From the NCBI GenBank assembly GCA_043778225.1, contig JAYWGM010000091.1:1-64000 (forward strand): DNA of 64,000 bases. The letters are read 5' to 3'. Under the pieces are notes generated by a model that made no database searches, had not been told where the DNA came from, and saw nothing but the letters and a program-made list of their open reading frames with translations. This DNA is from Deinococcales bacterium. GTDB lineage: Bacteria; Deinococcota; Deinococci; Deinococcales; JAAFIG01. The translations under genes were made by a program, and so were the position numbers. The stretch's first letter is position 1, and the number at the start of each line of letters is the position of its first letter. Positions 46,880-58,528 of this stretch are shown piece after piece.

Positions 46880-48102
46880 AGCGCTTATCCCCGCAACTGA
46901 TTTTTTTAATTCTCAATCTAGGCTCGAGTTTCCTGTTTGGACTGGTTTTTAGCACCAACATTTTGTATTACGCCACGGTCATTCGGCTCTCACCGCTCGA
47001 GTTGGTGCTGGTTGGCACGGCGCTCGAATTGGCAATCCTGCTTTTTGAAGTCCCGACGGGGGTGGTGGCGGACACGATTTCCCGTAAAATCTCGGTGCTG
47101 ATTGGTTTTGCACTGATTGGGCTTGGTTTTTTACTCGAGGGTTTGATACCAGCGTTTCTGGCAGTGCTGGCGGCGCAAGTGCTGTGGGGCATTGGCTACA
47201 CCTTTACCAGTGGTGCAACCCAAGCGTGGTTATCGGACGAAATTGGTGAACTCGAGGCGAATCAATTGATGCTTCGGGTTAATGTCTACCGCTTTCCGAT
47301 TCGCATGGCAATTGTTCTCAGTGCCTTACTGCTGGCAAACTCGAGTTTACAAATCCCGATTGTTGTTGGTGGGCTTGGGTTTATGGTACTGAGTGCTTTT
47401 TTGTGGTTTGCCATGCCCGAAACGAGGTTCAAACCAATACCAGTAACTCGGCAAAATGCTGTTCAATCCATGCGAAAAACTTTGCTCGAGGCAGTTGCTT
47501 TTGCGACGAAGAATCCAACCATTCGTTTGTTATTTCTCGTGACCATTATTTCAGGGGCAGCTTCAGAATCCTTTGACCGACTCTGGCAACTGCATTTAAT
47601 TCGTTTTGGCTTACCAAAACTCGAGCTTGGGTTTCTGAGCAGTGTCCAACAACAATTGCTGCTTTTTTTGCTACTCGATTTGTGCATAGATCTTGTGGCG
47701 TTACCGTTCACACTCTGGGCAAAACGCATTGACATGAATTCAATTCGTGCCATTACCCAAACACTGCTGTTCACCTCGAGCATCGTGATTGTCTGTATCA
47801 GTATTTTTGCATTTGCCAATGGTTTTACAGTGGCAATCATTGCTTATATTCTCGCTCGAGCTTGCCGTGAAATTCAAGCGCCACTTGGCACAGCTTGGCT
47901 TAATCAACGCCTTGAACCAAGCACTCGAGCCACCGTGCTGTCCTTAAATGGTCAAGCCGACGCGATAGGACAAATTGCTGGCGGACCAATTGTTGGTTTT
48001 CTGGGCAATAAAAACCTGCGGCTGGCTTTATTGAGTGGCGCACTGATTTTGGCGCTAACCCTACCGATGTACGCTCGAGCAGGAAAAAAGGAAGCATCAT
48101 AA
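46876..48102 (+). CDS. MFS efflux transporter (TetA(P)-like)
   Basis: FEVPTGVVAD.ISRK.S, SGA..AW..DE; ~12 TM. Confidence 0.85.
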   Translation: MKRLSPQLIFLILNLGSSFLFGLVFSTNILYYATVIRLSPLELVLVGTALELAILLFEVPTGVVADTISRKISVLIGFALIGLGFLLEGLIPAFLAVLAAQVLWGIGYTFTSGATQAWLSDEIGELEANQLMLRVNVYRFPIRMAIVLSALLLANSSLQIPIVVGGLGFMVLSAFLWFAMPETRFKPIPVTRQNAVQSMRKTLLEAVAFATKNPTIRLLFLVTIISGAASESFDRLWQLHLIRFGLPKLELGFLSSVQQQLLLFLLLDLCIDLVALPFTLWAKRIDMNSIRAITQTLLFTSSIVIVCISIFAFANGFTVAIIAYILARACREIQAPLGTAWLNQRLEPSTRATVLSLNGQADAIGQIAGGPIVGFLGNKNLRLALLSGALILALTLPMYARAGKKEAS

Positions 48103-48149
48103 AAACTTTTATTCGGTACGCCCTCGAGTTTGCCAAAGGAATTGAATAG

Positions 48150-49879
48150 ATGAACCCTCGAACCATAAAATTCTTTTCGTACTACAAACCTTATTTGGGT
48201 ATGTTGCTGCTGGATTTACTCTGTACCTTTTTGGTTTCTTTAGCTGCTTTATTGTTGCCGTTGTGTGCTGGGTACATCACGGGGACATTGCTACGAAATA
48301 ACGCACCACTCGAGCAGATTTATTGGGTCGGTTGGCTGATGCTTGGGCTAGGTATTATTTACGTGCTGTGCAATGTTTTTGTGGATTACCAAGGGCATAT
48401 GATGGGAACACTGATGGAAGCCGATATGCGCTGCGAATTATTCGAGCATTATCAGAAATTGTCGCATCGTTTTTTTGATGCTCAGAAAACGGGGCAACTG
48501 ATGACCCGCTTAACCAACGATTTATTTGCGATTGGCGAGTTAGCACATCATGCCCCAGAAGATTTACTGGTCGCACTGGTCAAATTTATTGGCGTGTTTG
48601 TGGTGCTTGGCATCACCAATCTCGAGCTAACCCTGATTGCTTTTTGTTTTTTACCAGTCATGGCGGCTTACGGGCTTTACTTTAATAAAAAAATGAATGC
48701 CGCACAGTACAAAACCAATCAGCAAGTCGGTGAACTCAACGCCCAAATCGAGGATTCCTTGGCTGGAATTCGGGTGGTACAGTCTTTTACCAACGAGGTG
48801 GCTGAAAATCATAAATTTATGGTGCAGAACACCCGTTTTGTCCAGACTCGCCGAGCCTGGTATTTCAATGAAACCTTTTTTTATAGCGGTATGACCGCAT
48901 TTACGCAACTGATGACGATTCTGGTGATTGTTTTTGGTAGCCTTGCGATTGCCAAAGGCAACTTGCGCCCAGATCAACTGGTGGTTTTTTTGTTGTGCCT
49001 TGGCATTCTTACCGATCCAATTCAGCGCATCATTAACTTTGCTCGGCTTTACCAAGAAGGTGGCACAGGCTTTCATCGGTTTATGGAAATTATGGAATTA
49101 CAACCCGAAATTGCTGATGCTCAAATGCGGTTATACTAGCGCAGACTCGAGGGAACATAGATTTTAAGGATGTTGGTTTTTGGTACAGCGAAGATGGCAA
49201 GCCAGTTCTCGAGCATCTGGATTTAACGATTCAAGCAGGGGAATTTATTGCACTGGTCGGTACTTCTGGAGTTGGCAAAACCACTTTATGTTCTTTGATT
49301 CCTCGATTTTATCAGGTCAGTCAAGGCGAAATTCTGCTGGATGGCACAAACATCAAAAACATTCAAATTCAGTCTTTGCGGCAACACATTGGTGTGGTGC
49401 AACAAGATGTCTACTTATTTGCTGGCACAATTCTCGAGAACATTCGGTACGGGCAACTCGAGGCGAGCCAAGCACAAATTATCCAAGCCGCTAAAAAAGC
49501 CAATGCTCACGACTTTATTATGGCATTACCGAACGGATATAACACCGATATTGGTCAGCGTGGGGTGAAATTATCAGGTGGACAAAAACAACGCCTGAGC
49601 ATTGCTCGAGTTTTCCTAAAAGACCCAGCCATCCTGATTTTTGATGAGGCGACCAGCGCACTAGATAACGAAAGTGAAAAAGCCATCCAGCACTCGCTCG
49701 AGCAGCTTGCCCGTCATCGCACGACTTTAGTCATTGCTCACCGATTATCCACAGTTCGCAATGCCCAGCGCATCTTGGTTTTGGACGCTGGTGGTATTAG
49801 CGAACAAGGAACGCACCAAGCCTTAATTGCTATGGGCGGAATCTATGCCAATTTGTACAACACGCAGTTGTCTTTGTAG
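48150..49879 (+). pseudogene. ABC exporter (TMD+NBD) split by a 1-nt frameshift near 49123
   Basis: The TMD frame stops at 49139; the shifted frame continues to GTSGVGKT, LSGGQKQR and DEATSALD. Confidence 0.85.
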
Positions 49880-50047
49880 GAGGAATCATGACCGAAAAGC
49901 AAGATTGTAGAAATGCTCGAGAAAATTACTGAGTTACCAAATAAGAAACACGAAACCCTGATTGTATCAAGTAGCGTATTTTGTTAATATGTTCGTACAC
50001 AATTCGGCATCTAAAAATTCTCGCTTAGGTTAAAAAAGAGGTTATGT

Positions 50048-50527
50048 ATGATAAGTCCAGAAATCGAATTCGCTTGGAACACCAACAACGCCGTCAATCA
50101 AGTTTTGGTGCAGCATCTGACCCCAGTCATGCTCGAGGCTGGTACACCCGGCGGTGGCTACAGCGTGGCGCAGCACTTGGCGCACATGGTTGAATGCACC
50201 AAGTCATGGGGAATGGAACTCGAGGCAGGGGAATTAAAAGACTTGCCAGACCTCTATTCAAATTATGACAATGATACGGGGATGTTCGATGCAGAAATGA
50301 ACTTGGAGCGAATTCGCGCAGTCATGACCCAAACCCGAGATTTGGTTCTCGAGACCGCCAAAAAAGCAGTTGGCACAGGCAAATTGCCGCACTCGAGTCC
50401 AGCCCAATTTTTAATGCACATGGCAATGCACGACGCGCATCATCGCGGACAGATTTTATTGGCACTGAAAACCAATGGGTTTGCACTGCCCGAGGAAAGA
50501 GCTTTCTGGATTCCATTACGTGCGTAA
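50048..50527 (+). CDS. DinB family protein
   Basis: QHLAHM, HDAHHRGQ. Confidence 0.88.
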   Translation: MISPEIEFAWNTNNAVNQVLVQHLTPVMLEAGTPGGGYSVAQHLAHMVECTKSWGMELEAGELKDLPDLYSNYDNDTGMFDAEMNLERIRAVMTQTRDLVLETAKKAVGTGKLPHSSPAQFLMHMAMHDAHHRGQILLALKTNGFALPEERAFWIPLRA

Positions 50528-50558
50528 AAATCCACATTGGTTTTAGACAGGGGTAAGT

Positions 50559-50894
50559 ATGGCAACTTTTGATCATGTCATCTCAATTGCATTAAAACTT
50601 CCTGAAACCGAAGTATCCACTTCATACAACACACCTGCAATCAAAGTTGGCAAAAAACTCTTGGCTCGACTGCGCGAAGATGGTGTTTCGTTGGCAATAC
50701 GAGCAACATTCGAGGCTCGAAGCGCTTTGCCATTGCTCGAGCCAGAAACGTTTTCGATTCCAGCCCATTATGCCAATACGGATATGGTAGTGATTCAACT
50801 ACCAACCGTGAAACTCGAGGAATTAGAGCGCTTAATTTTTGAGGCTTGGCAGATTGTCGCTCCAAAGAAATTAAAGGAGAAAAACCATGTCTGA
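50559..50894 (+). CDS. MmcQ/YjbR family protein
   Basis: LPE...Y.TPA.KV.KK, HY, EAW..VAPK. Confidence 0.82.
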   Translation: MATFDHVISIALKLPETEVSTSYNTPAIKVGKKLLARLREDGVSLAIRATFEARSALPLLEPETFSIPAHYANTDMVVIQLPTVKLEELERLIFEAWQIVAPKKLKEKNHV

Positions 50895-51333
50895 AGAAAC
50901 CTTAAAAAGTAATATTCTCGAGTTACTCGAGGAAACTTTTATGCAAACCCGAGGGATTTACCTTGACCGTGCTAAAGGCGGGTTGCTCGAGTCGCTCGAG
51001 AATATCAGTGCTGCAACCGCATCGGTAGAATCAGGTCAGCAACGCAGTATTGCGGCTCATGTTGAACATACAAGGGTTTATCTGGTGGCGCTGCACGGTT
51101 ATATGAATGGTGCGACAGGAAAAACCGATTGGGATGCCAGTTGGCAAACACACACGGTTTCTGAACTCGAGTGGAAAGCCTTGCGCGACAACCTAAAAGC
51201 AGCTTATGAAGCGCTGGTCAAGGATTTACTCGAGCTTGACGAAAATGATATTAAATTTGCCGAAAGTCTGGCGATTTTGACCCACAGTGCTTATCATTTC
51301 GGAGCGATTCGGCAATTGCTACTTATTGCATAA
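50887..51333 (+). CDS. DinB-like protein
   Basis: SIAAHVEH, HSAYHFGAIRQ. Confidence 0.8.
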   Translation: MSEETLKSNILELLEETFMQTRGIYLDRAKGGLLESLENISAATASVESGQQRSIAAHVEHTRVYLVALHGYMNGATGKTDWDASWQTHTVSELEWKALRDNLKAAYEALVKDLLELDENDIKFAESLAILTHSAYHFGAIRQLLLIA

Positions 51334-51377
51334 ATTTGGTGTACAATCTGACCAGTGCTAGTCAGGAGATGATTTTT

Positions 51378-51623
51378 ATGCGAAATTGGCAACTTCAGGA
51401 AGCAAAGGCAAAATTTAGTGAAGTCATCGAACTTGCCGCCGCAGGCGAAGCGCAAGTTATTACTAAACGCGGTGAGCAAACCGCCGTAATTGTTTCGCAC
51501 GGCGAATATATGCGTTTGCAACAAAAAAGCAAAACTGCACTCGAGGCATTGGCAGGTGCGCCTAAAGGTGAGTTGAAAATTTATCGCGATAAGTCACCGA
51601 TTAAACCTGTGAAACTCGGATGA
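51378..51623 (+). CDS. Phd/YefM antitoxin
   Basis: WQLQEAKAKFSE, QVITKRG. Confidence 0.9.
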   Translation: MRNWQLQEAKAKFSEVIELAAAGEAQVITKRGEQTAVIVSHGEYMRLQQKSKTALEALAGAPKGELKIYRDKSPIKPVKLG

Positions 51624-52048
51624 AACGTTTTGTTTTTGACACCAATGTTCTATCGGAGCAAACCAAACCAAAACCAGACATTGGTGTCACCACTTGGTTA
51701 TCCGAGCAAAAAGTCTCGAGTTGTCTCGTCAGTGTTGTTAGTATCGCAGAAATTGAACAAGGTATTTTACTTTTGGGTAAAACAAAACGCGCTCAGGGTT
51801 ATCGTGACTGGTTAGCCAACCTCGAGCAGGAATACTTTGGAAATATTATTGCTATAGACCGAGAAATTGCGACTGCATGGGCAGAAATAACCAGCCGAGC
51901 AATGCGGTTAGGTCAAACACAAGGTTATTCGGATGCTTGGATTGCTGCGACTGCCCTTGTCATGGATGCCGTTGTGGTGACTCGGAAGACTGATGATTTC
52001 AAGGCTTTTGTTTCTGTGCTTAATCCGTGGACTGAGCCTTTGAATTAA
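51620..52048 (+). CDS. VapC PIN toxin
   Basis: DTNVLSE, E, DAWIAATA, VVTR..DF. Confidence 0.9.
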   Translation: MKRFVFDTNVLSEQTKPKPDIGVTTWLSEQKVSSCLVSVVSIAEIEQGILLLGKTKRAQGYRDWLANLEQEYFGNIIAIDREIATAWAEITSRAMRLGQTQGYSDAWIAATALVMDAVVVTRKTDDFKAFVSVLNPWTEPLN

Positions 52049-52084
52049 ATTCTCGAGCGACGAAAAACGCCACCATCTTGGTAT

Positions 52085-52453
52085 TCAAACCGTGACTCGG
52101 ACTTCATCGCCAATGATTTCAACCACAAATTTCTCGAGGTCTGGCGAGTTCTTTTTTGGAATCAGCGCAGCAGCTAATGCCCCAATGCCCAGCGGTGTGG
52201 ATTTCTGCCAGTCCTTGCCTAATGCCCCGACCAAACACGCCCCTGTTTTTGCGTCAAACTGCGCCCCATGGAAACCGCAGGTGATTACACCATTCACGGC
52301 TTTTGCGGGCAATGCCATATTCAGATGCGAACACCGACTCGAGATGGCACTGACAGCGTTATGCTCGCGGTAAAATAGAATTTCTTTGCCGCCTACCAAA
52401 CGCTTACTGACTTGAAGATTCTCGAGTTCGGATAATTTAATTACTTCAGACAT
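52085..52453 (-). CDS. Rieske 2Fe-2S ferredoxin
   Basis: CSH...CGFHGAQFD. Confidence 0.88.
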   Translation of the reverse strand: MSEVIKLSELENLQVSKRLVGGKEILFYREHNAVSAISSRCSHLNMALPAKAVNGVITCGFHGAQFDAKTGACLVGALGKDWQKSTPLGIGALAAALIPKKNSPDLEKFVVEIIGDEVRVTV

Positions 52454-52585
52454 GACTTACGATACGCTTTACCACAGATAACATCATGATAAATCCAAAT
52501 TTTCGAGTCTGCCCCTAGCCAAACTCCTTGTTCTCGAGTACACTTCTAAGGTTGCCGAGTTCATAGTCTCGGGTAAGGATGTCTC

Positions 52586-52903
52586 ATGAGCGAAAAAAAC
52601 ATTGATAAACTCTTATCGCAAACCGATAGTAAGTACAAACTCAGCGTTGCTATTGCCAAACGCGCCCTGCAACTTAAAAGCGGTGTTGTGCCGGTTATCC
52701 CGCCCGACCAACGCACTGGAACGCGAAATTTAATTACCGTAGCGATGCGTGAAATGGCAACGGGTAAGCTCGAGATGGGAACAAACCTGATTGACCAAGC
52801 CCGTTTAGATAAGCACTTGGCGCAAGAAAAACAACGCCAAGCCGAGGAACTGCAACGCCAACAAGCGGGCAGTTATCAAATGCCAGAATTTGACAACGAT
52901 TAA
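52586..52903 (+). CDS. rpoZ: RNA polymerase omega subunit
   Basis: IDKLL..TDSKY.LSV..AKRALQL, AMRE. Confidence 0.93.
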   Translation: MSEKNIDKLLSQTDSKYKLSVAIAKRALQLKSGVVPVIPPDQRTGTRNLITVAMREMATGKLEMGTNLIDQARLDKHLAQEKQRQAEELQRQQAGSYQMPEFDND

Positions 52904-52937
52904 AGGGGCTAGGTTAAAAGGTCAAAGGGTGAAAAGG

Positions 52938-53045
52938 TTAAAGGTAAAAAACTTTTGACCTTTTCTGCTTTTACCCTTTTTACCCTGCTCTTTAAAGGTA
53001 AAAAACTTTTGACCTTTTCTGCTTTTACCCTTTTTACCTTGCTCT
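52938..53045. repeat. 54-bp tandem duplication spanning a stop codon
   Basis: 52938-52991 and 52992-53045 differ at one position. Confidence 0.88.
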
Positions 53046-54017
53046 TTGCTCGAGTTGCTTTTTAATATCAGCAATCGCTTTAACTGCATCTATTTTGCCA
53101 TTTTCGATAAAGACTTGCCCGGTAAATCGCCCAGCGTAGCAACTGCCAATGGCGTATAGCCCTTTGACATCCTCGGTTTCAAAAGTTGGTTTAACCGCAA
53201 TTCTCGAGTCTTTGTCCGGCACCACCCCAGCCGCCTCGAGCAGTTCGGTGTTGGGGGTGTAACCAACCAGCACAAAAGTAAAATCGGTCGGGATGTTGAC
53301 CACGCCGCGTGGAGTCTCGAGGGTCACGGCTTCTTGGGTTATTTCTTTGACGATGCTTAAAAATTCGGCTTTGATGCTGCCTTCTTTGATGCGGTTTTCT
53401 AAATCTGGTTTCATCCAGTATTTAATCGTGTTTTTAATGTCTTTGCCTCGGTGAACCAAAGTCACATTTGCCCCATGACGGTATAAATCCAGCGCCGCAT
53501 CGGCAGCACTGTTGCCACCACCGACCACAGTCACATTTAAGCCCCAAAACGGATGGGCTTCGGTGTAGCCATACGCCACATTCTCGAGGTCATCGCCTTG
53601 GATACTCAACTTGTTTGGGTTGTCAAAGTAGCCCGTAGCCACCACACAATAACGGCATTCGATTGGCTCTAGCTCGCCAGATTTGGCTTCGACTTCTAAA
53701 GTAAAGCCAGCCGGCGCAGGGTGAATCTGGACAACTTCTGTGTATTGGCGCAAATTGAGGTGTTCTCGAGCCGCAACCAAACGGTAATACGATAAAGCCT
53801 CTTTGCGGGTGGCTTTTTCGGTGCTGGTGACAAACGGATGCTCGCCAATCTCGAGTCGTTCGGCAGTGGTAAAAAAAGTCATGTAGGTTGGGTACTCAAA
53901 AATCGCGTTGACGACACAACCTTTCTCGAGAACAATGTAGCTTAGACCCAAGTTTTTGGCTTCAATGGCGGCGGCTAGACCAACCGGTCCTGCGCCAATA
54001 ATTGCAATATCGTACAT
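53034..54017 (-). CDS. ypdA: YpdA family bacillithiol disulfide reductase
   Basis: [33 protein letters not shown]. Confidence 0.85.
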   Translation of the reverse strand: MYDIAIIGAGPVGLAAAIEAKNLGLSYIVLEKGCVVNAIFEYPTYMTFFTTAERLEIGEHPFVTSTEKATRKEALSYYRLVAAREHLNLRQYTEVVQIHPAPAGFTLEVEAKSGELEPIECRYCVVATGYFDNPNKLSIQGDDLENVAYGYTEAHPFWGLNVTVVGGGNSAADAALDLYRHGANVTLVHRGKDIKNTIKYWMKPDLENRIKEGSIKAEFLSIVKEITQEAVTLETPRGVVNIPTDFTFVLVGYTPNTELLEAAGVVPDKDSRIAVKPTFETEDVKGLYAIGSCYAGRFTGQVFIENGKIDAVKAIADIKKQLEQRAR

Positions 54018-54095
54018 GGTTTTAAGTCTAACTCGAGTCTGGGTGTTTTTTCGTCCTTGTCAAAAACCCCACAAAGCCATGTATGATTCTTGGGC

Positions 54096-55130
54096 ATGAA
54101 TGTTTTTCTCACTGGCGGGACTGGTTTTATTGGACAGAGACTGGTTGCTGCTTTAATTCGCCATGGCGCTCAGGTTACGGCGTTGGTACGCCGTCCAAGC
54201 AGCCCCGACGCGCTGAAAATCGCAGCGCTTGGCGCAACCCTTGTCCAAGGTGATGTGACTGCTAAAGAATCAATGAGAGCCGCCATGCAAGGCATGGATG
54301 TGGTGATTCATAATGCTGGGGTCTACGAATTGGGACTCAATGCGGCGGGGATTGAACGGATGAACGCCGTCAATATCCAAGGCACAGAAAATACCTTGAG
54401 TTTAGCCATGGAACTCGATGTGCCGCGTTCGATCTACTGCTCGACCACCTATGTCTACGGCGCAAGTTCGGCAACCGTGGCTCGAGACGAATTGTACCAA
54501 CCAAACACAAGCTCTAAAACGCATTATGAGCGCACCAAAAAAGCTGCTCACCGCATCGCCCTAGATTTACAAAAACGTGGCTTACCGCTGACCATTATTT
54601 GTCCCAATGCGGCAGTTGGCGCGAACGACCACTCGATTCTAGGCTACTGCTTACGGATGTATTTATGTCATCTGATGCCGCCGATTGCTTGGACTCCAGA
54701 GGTGATGCTCTCGTTGATTCATGTGGACGACCTCTGTGAAGGTGTGGTCAAAGCCATCGAGTACGCCAAATCCGAAACCTATTTTATGGGCGGTGAAGCC
54801 CACACTCGAGCCGAAATGTTTGAATACTGGAAACCGCACATCGGTGGAGCAAAAGCCCGTGCTTGGCTGCCAGTCAGTTTAGCCAAAGTCATTTTCGCAC
54901 CGCTCGAGCCACTGCAACGCGCCATTGGGCTGCCCGCGATTTTCTCGAGGGAATTGGTCGAGGCGGGTCGGATTAGCTTGTACGACTCGAGCCAAAAAGC
55001 CAAAGACGATTTGAATTGGACACACCGCAGTGCCAAAGCGATGTGGGACGACACGATCGAAGAAGAAAAAAAGTTGCTGGCTGCCCGAACCAAGCGCGAT
55101 ATTGTCAGTTTACTCAATCCTATCCACTGA
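54096..55130 (+). CDS. NAD-dependent epimerase/dehydratase
   Basis: TGGTGFIG, HNAG, YERTK. Confidence 0.88.
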   Translation: MNVFLTGGTGFIGQRLVAALIRHGAQVTALVRRPSSPDALKIAALGATLVQGDVTAKESMRAAMQGMDVVIHNAGVYELGLNAAGIERMNAVNIQGTENTLSLAMELDVPRSIYCSTTYVYGASSATVARDELYQPNTSSKTHYERTKKAAHRIALDLQKRGLPLTIICPNAAVGANDHSILGYCLRMYLCHLMPPIAWTPEVMLSLIHVDDLCEGVVKAIEYAKSETYFMGGEAHTRAEMFEYWKPHIGGAKARAWLPVSLAKVIFAPLEPLQRAIGLPAIFSRELVEAGRISLYDSSQKAKDDLNWTHRSAKAMWDDTIEEEKKLLAARTKRDIVSLLNPIH

Positions 55131-55697
55131 TGCGTAGCGAACTGCAAATCGTGATTCTGGCGGCTGGGGCTTCAAGCCGCATGGGGCAGCATAAATTGCT
55201 GCTGCCAATTTCTGGTAAAACCCTACTGCAACGAGCAGTAGCCACAGCACTCGAGGTCAGTCCAGAAGTGCTGGTGGTGCTTGGGCGCGATGCCCCACTG
55301 CTGAAGGACTCTTTAGAGGGTTATCCAGTGCAATTTGTGGTCAATTCAGACTATACCAACGGCAAAATGGAAACCAGTTTTCAGACGGCTATTGCGGTTC
55401 TCGAGCCTAGGGCTACACTGCTAATGCTGGCGGATATGCCTCTGATTAGCGCTGATATGCTCCGAAGTTTAGAACAGACTTTTATAAAGCAGCAACCAAA
55501 AATTGTCGCTTCGAGATTTGGCACAGTGATTGCTCCGCCGCATCTTTTTGCATCAGAATTGCTGCCAGTGCTGGGTGCAACAGGGGCAAAACCACTGATT
55601 ATGCAGCACCTTGAAGAAACCATTTTTTTAGATTGGTACGAAGAAAAACTCTTCGATGTGGATACACCCGAAGATTTGATTACCATGCAACAACTTT

Positions 55698-55711
<14 letters not shown>
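55130..55711 (+). CDS. MocA/MobA-like nucleotidyltransferase
   Basis: [26 protein letters not shown]. Confidence 0.88.
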
Positions 55712-56915
<1,204 letters not shown>

Positions 56916-56982
56916 GGGCAAAGTTTAACATCCAAGGTACTCGAGGAAAAGGGTCGGCTCGGGCTTGCACCGACGCTCAGAA

Positions 56983-58008
56983 TTATCGTCCCTCGAGCGC
57001 CGCATTTTTGGCTTCTACGGCGACATCCGAAGAATCATACGCCCGAATAATTCTGCCAACCAACGGATGGCGCACCACGTCCGATTCGTTAAAGTAGACA
57101 AAGTTAATCCCATCTATGTCTTTCAGGATGCGCTGCGCTTCTGCCAAGCCACTTTTCTGGTGGCGTGGTAAATCCACTTGGGTAATGTCGCCCGTGACCA
57201 CGACTTTACTCGAGAATCCCATGCGGGTTAAGAACATTTTCATTTGCTCTGGGGTGGTGTTTTGGGCTTCGTCGAGGATGATAAAAGCATCATTAAGGGT
57301 GCGGCCCCGCATGAAACCGAGCGGTGCTACCTCAATACTTCCACTTGACAAGTAACTTTCAAATCGTTCAGCGTCAATCATATCAAAAAGTGCATCGTAA
57401 AGCGGACGGAGGTACGGGTCTATTTTGGCTTGCAGGTCGCCCGGTAAGAACCCAAGTTTTTCGCCAGCTTCGACGGCTGGGCGGGTCAGGATAATCCGTT
57501 TGACTTTTTTGGCTTTGAAGGCAGCCACCGCCATTGCCACCGCGAGATAGCTTTTTCCCGTGCCGGCTGGACCAATCCCAAAGGTAATATCCGAGGTGTT
57601 AATTGTGTCTATGTAACGTTGCTGCCCTTTGGTTTTGGCGCGTAAGCGCTTAGGTAACTCGAGTGCGCCCGAAACAATCCCGGCTTCTTCGGTGTGAATC
57701 CGTTCGCCACCCAAGGCAAGCTCTAAACCACGTTCGATGTCTTCCATACCAAGGTCGCCTCCTTGTCGGTAGAGGGATAAAAGGTCGCGCAGCAGGTTTT
57801 CGGCGGTCTCGATGGCTTTTTTAGTGCCTTCAATCCGCACACTGTCGCCTCGAGCTAAAATTCTCGCCTCGAGTTTTTCGCGCATTCGCTTTAAGTGGCG
57901 GTCGTTTTCGCCAAACAGCGCCATGGCTTCCGATGGGTTTTGCAGGCGAATGCTGACCATGCCTTGGGCGGCAGCAACCAGTTCTTGGGTTTCGATAAGC
58001 TGTTTCAA
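56983..58008 (-). CDS. phoH: PhoH family ATPase
   Basis: [32 protein letters not shown]. Confidence 0.95.
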   Translation of the reverse strand: MKQLIETQELVAAAQGMVSIRLQNPSEAMALFGENDRHLKRMREKLEARILARGDSVRIEGTKKAIETAENLLRDLLSLYRQGGDLGMEDIERGLELALGGERIHTEEAGIVSGALELPKRLRAKTKGQQRYIDTINTSDITFGIGPAGTGKSYLAVAMAVAAFKAKKVKRIILTRPAVEAGEKLGFLPGDLQAKIDPYLRPLYDALFDMIDAERFESYLSSGSIEVAPLGFMRGRTLNDAFIILDEAQNTTPEQMKMFLTRMGFSSKVVVTGDITQVDLPRHQKSGLAEAQRILKDIDGINFVYFNESDVVRHPLVGRIIRAYDSSDVAVEAKNAALEGR

Positions 58009-58150
58009 TATGCCCTAGATTTTACCCCTTGTTTGTCAGGTCAGCTAGTGGCATTTTGGCGTATGCCGTTCTTGAGGTTGTTTGCCTCATCTCTCATGCC
58101 CTGCTAGACTGCCCTTGACTCGAGTACACCTCGAGCAGTGGAGGAAAACC

Positions 58151-58351
58151 ATGAGTGCATGGCAGTGGATAGCAGTGTTTTTTCTGGGCGGCTTAATCGC
58201 TTGGGTGGTTCAGTGGCTTTTGGATGTTGTCAAATGGAATGGTTCACAACCTGCCCAAGGCATTACCAACGATGACTTGCGTGATGAATTGATTGCCAAG
58301 CAGCGTGAAGTTCTCGAGTTACGAGCCAAGCTCGAGCAGGGGGGAGATTAA
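58151..58351 (+). CDS. small protein, TM plus coiled coil (66 aa)
   Basis: GGAGG RBS; hydrophobic N-terminus, heptad C-terminus. Confidence 0.7.
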   Translation: MSAWQWIAVFFLGGLIAWVVQWLLDVVKWNGSQPAQGITNDDLRDELIAKQREVLELRAKLEQGGD

Positions 58352-58528
58352 ATGGAATTCTTGGGTATTTTTTTGCTCGGCGCGGGTACTTTTTTTGTCC
58401 TCGAAATTATTTACGATCATTTTTTGTGGCGCACCAACGCCAATAAATCCAACGATGTCCTCAAGGCAGACCTTGCTAAAGTCAGCACCGAACTCGAGGC
58501 ATTGCGTGCCAAAGTTGGTGGTCACTAA
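58352..58528 (+). CDS. small protein, TM plus coiled coil (58 aa, below the ORF-track cutoff)
   Basis: GGAG RBS; MEFLGIFLLGAG...ELEALRAKVGGH; TAATG overlap with the next gene. Confidence 0.7.
   Translation: MEFLGIFLLGAGTFFVLEIIYDHFLWRTNANKSNDVLKADLAKVSTELEALRAKVGGH

Noticed and set aside
44047..52048. Integron cassette array
   Set aside because: No attC-like repeats or integrase were seen, and many genes overlap directly.
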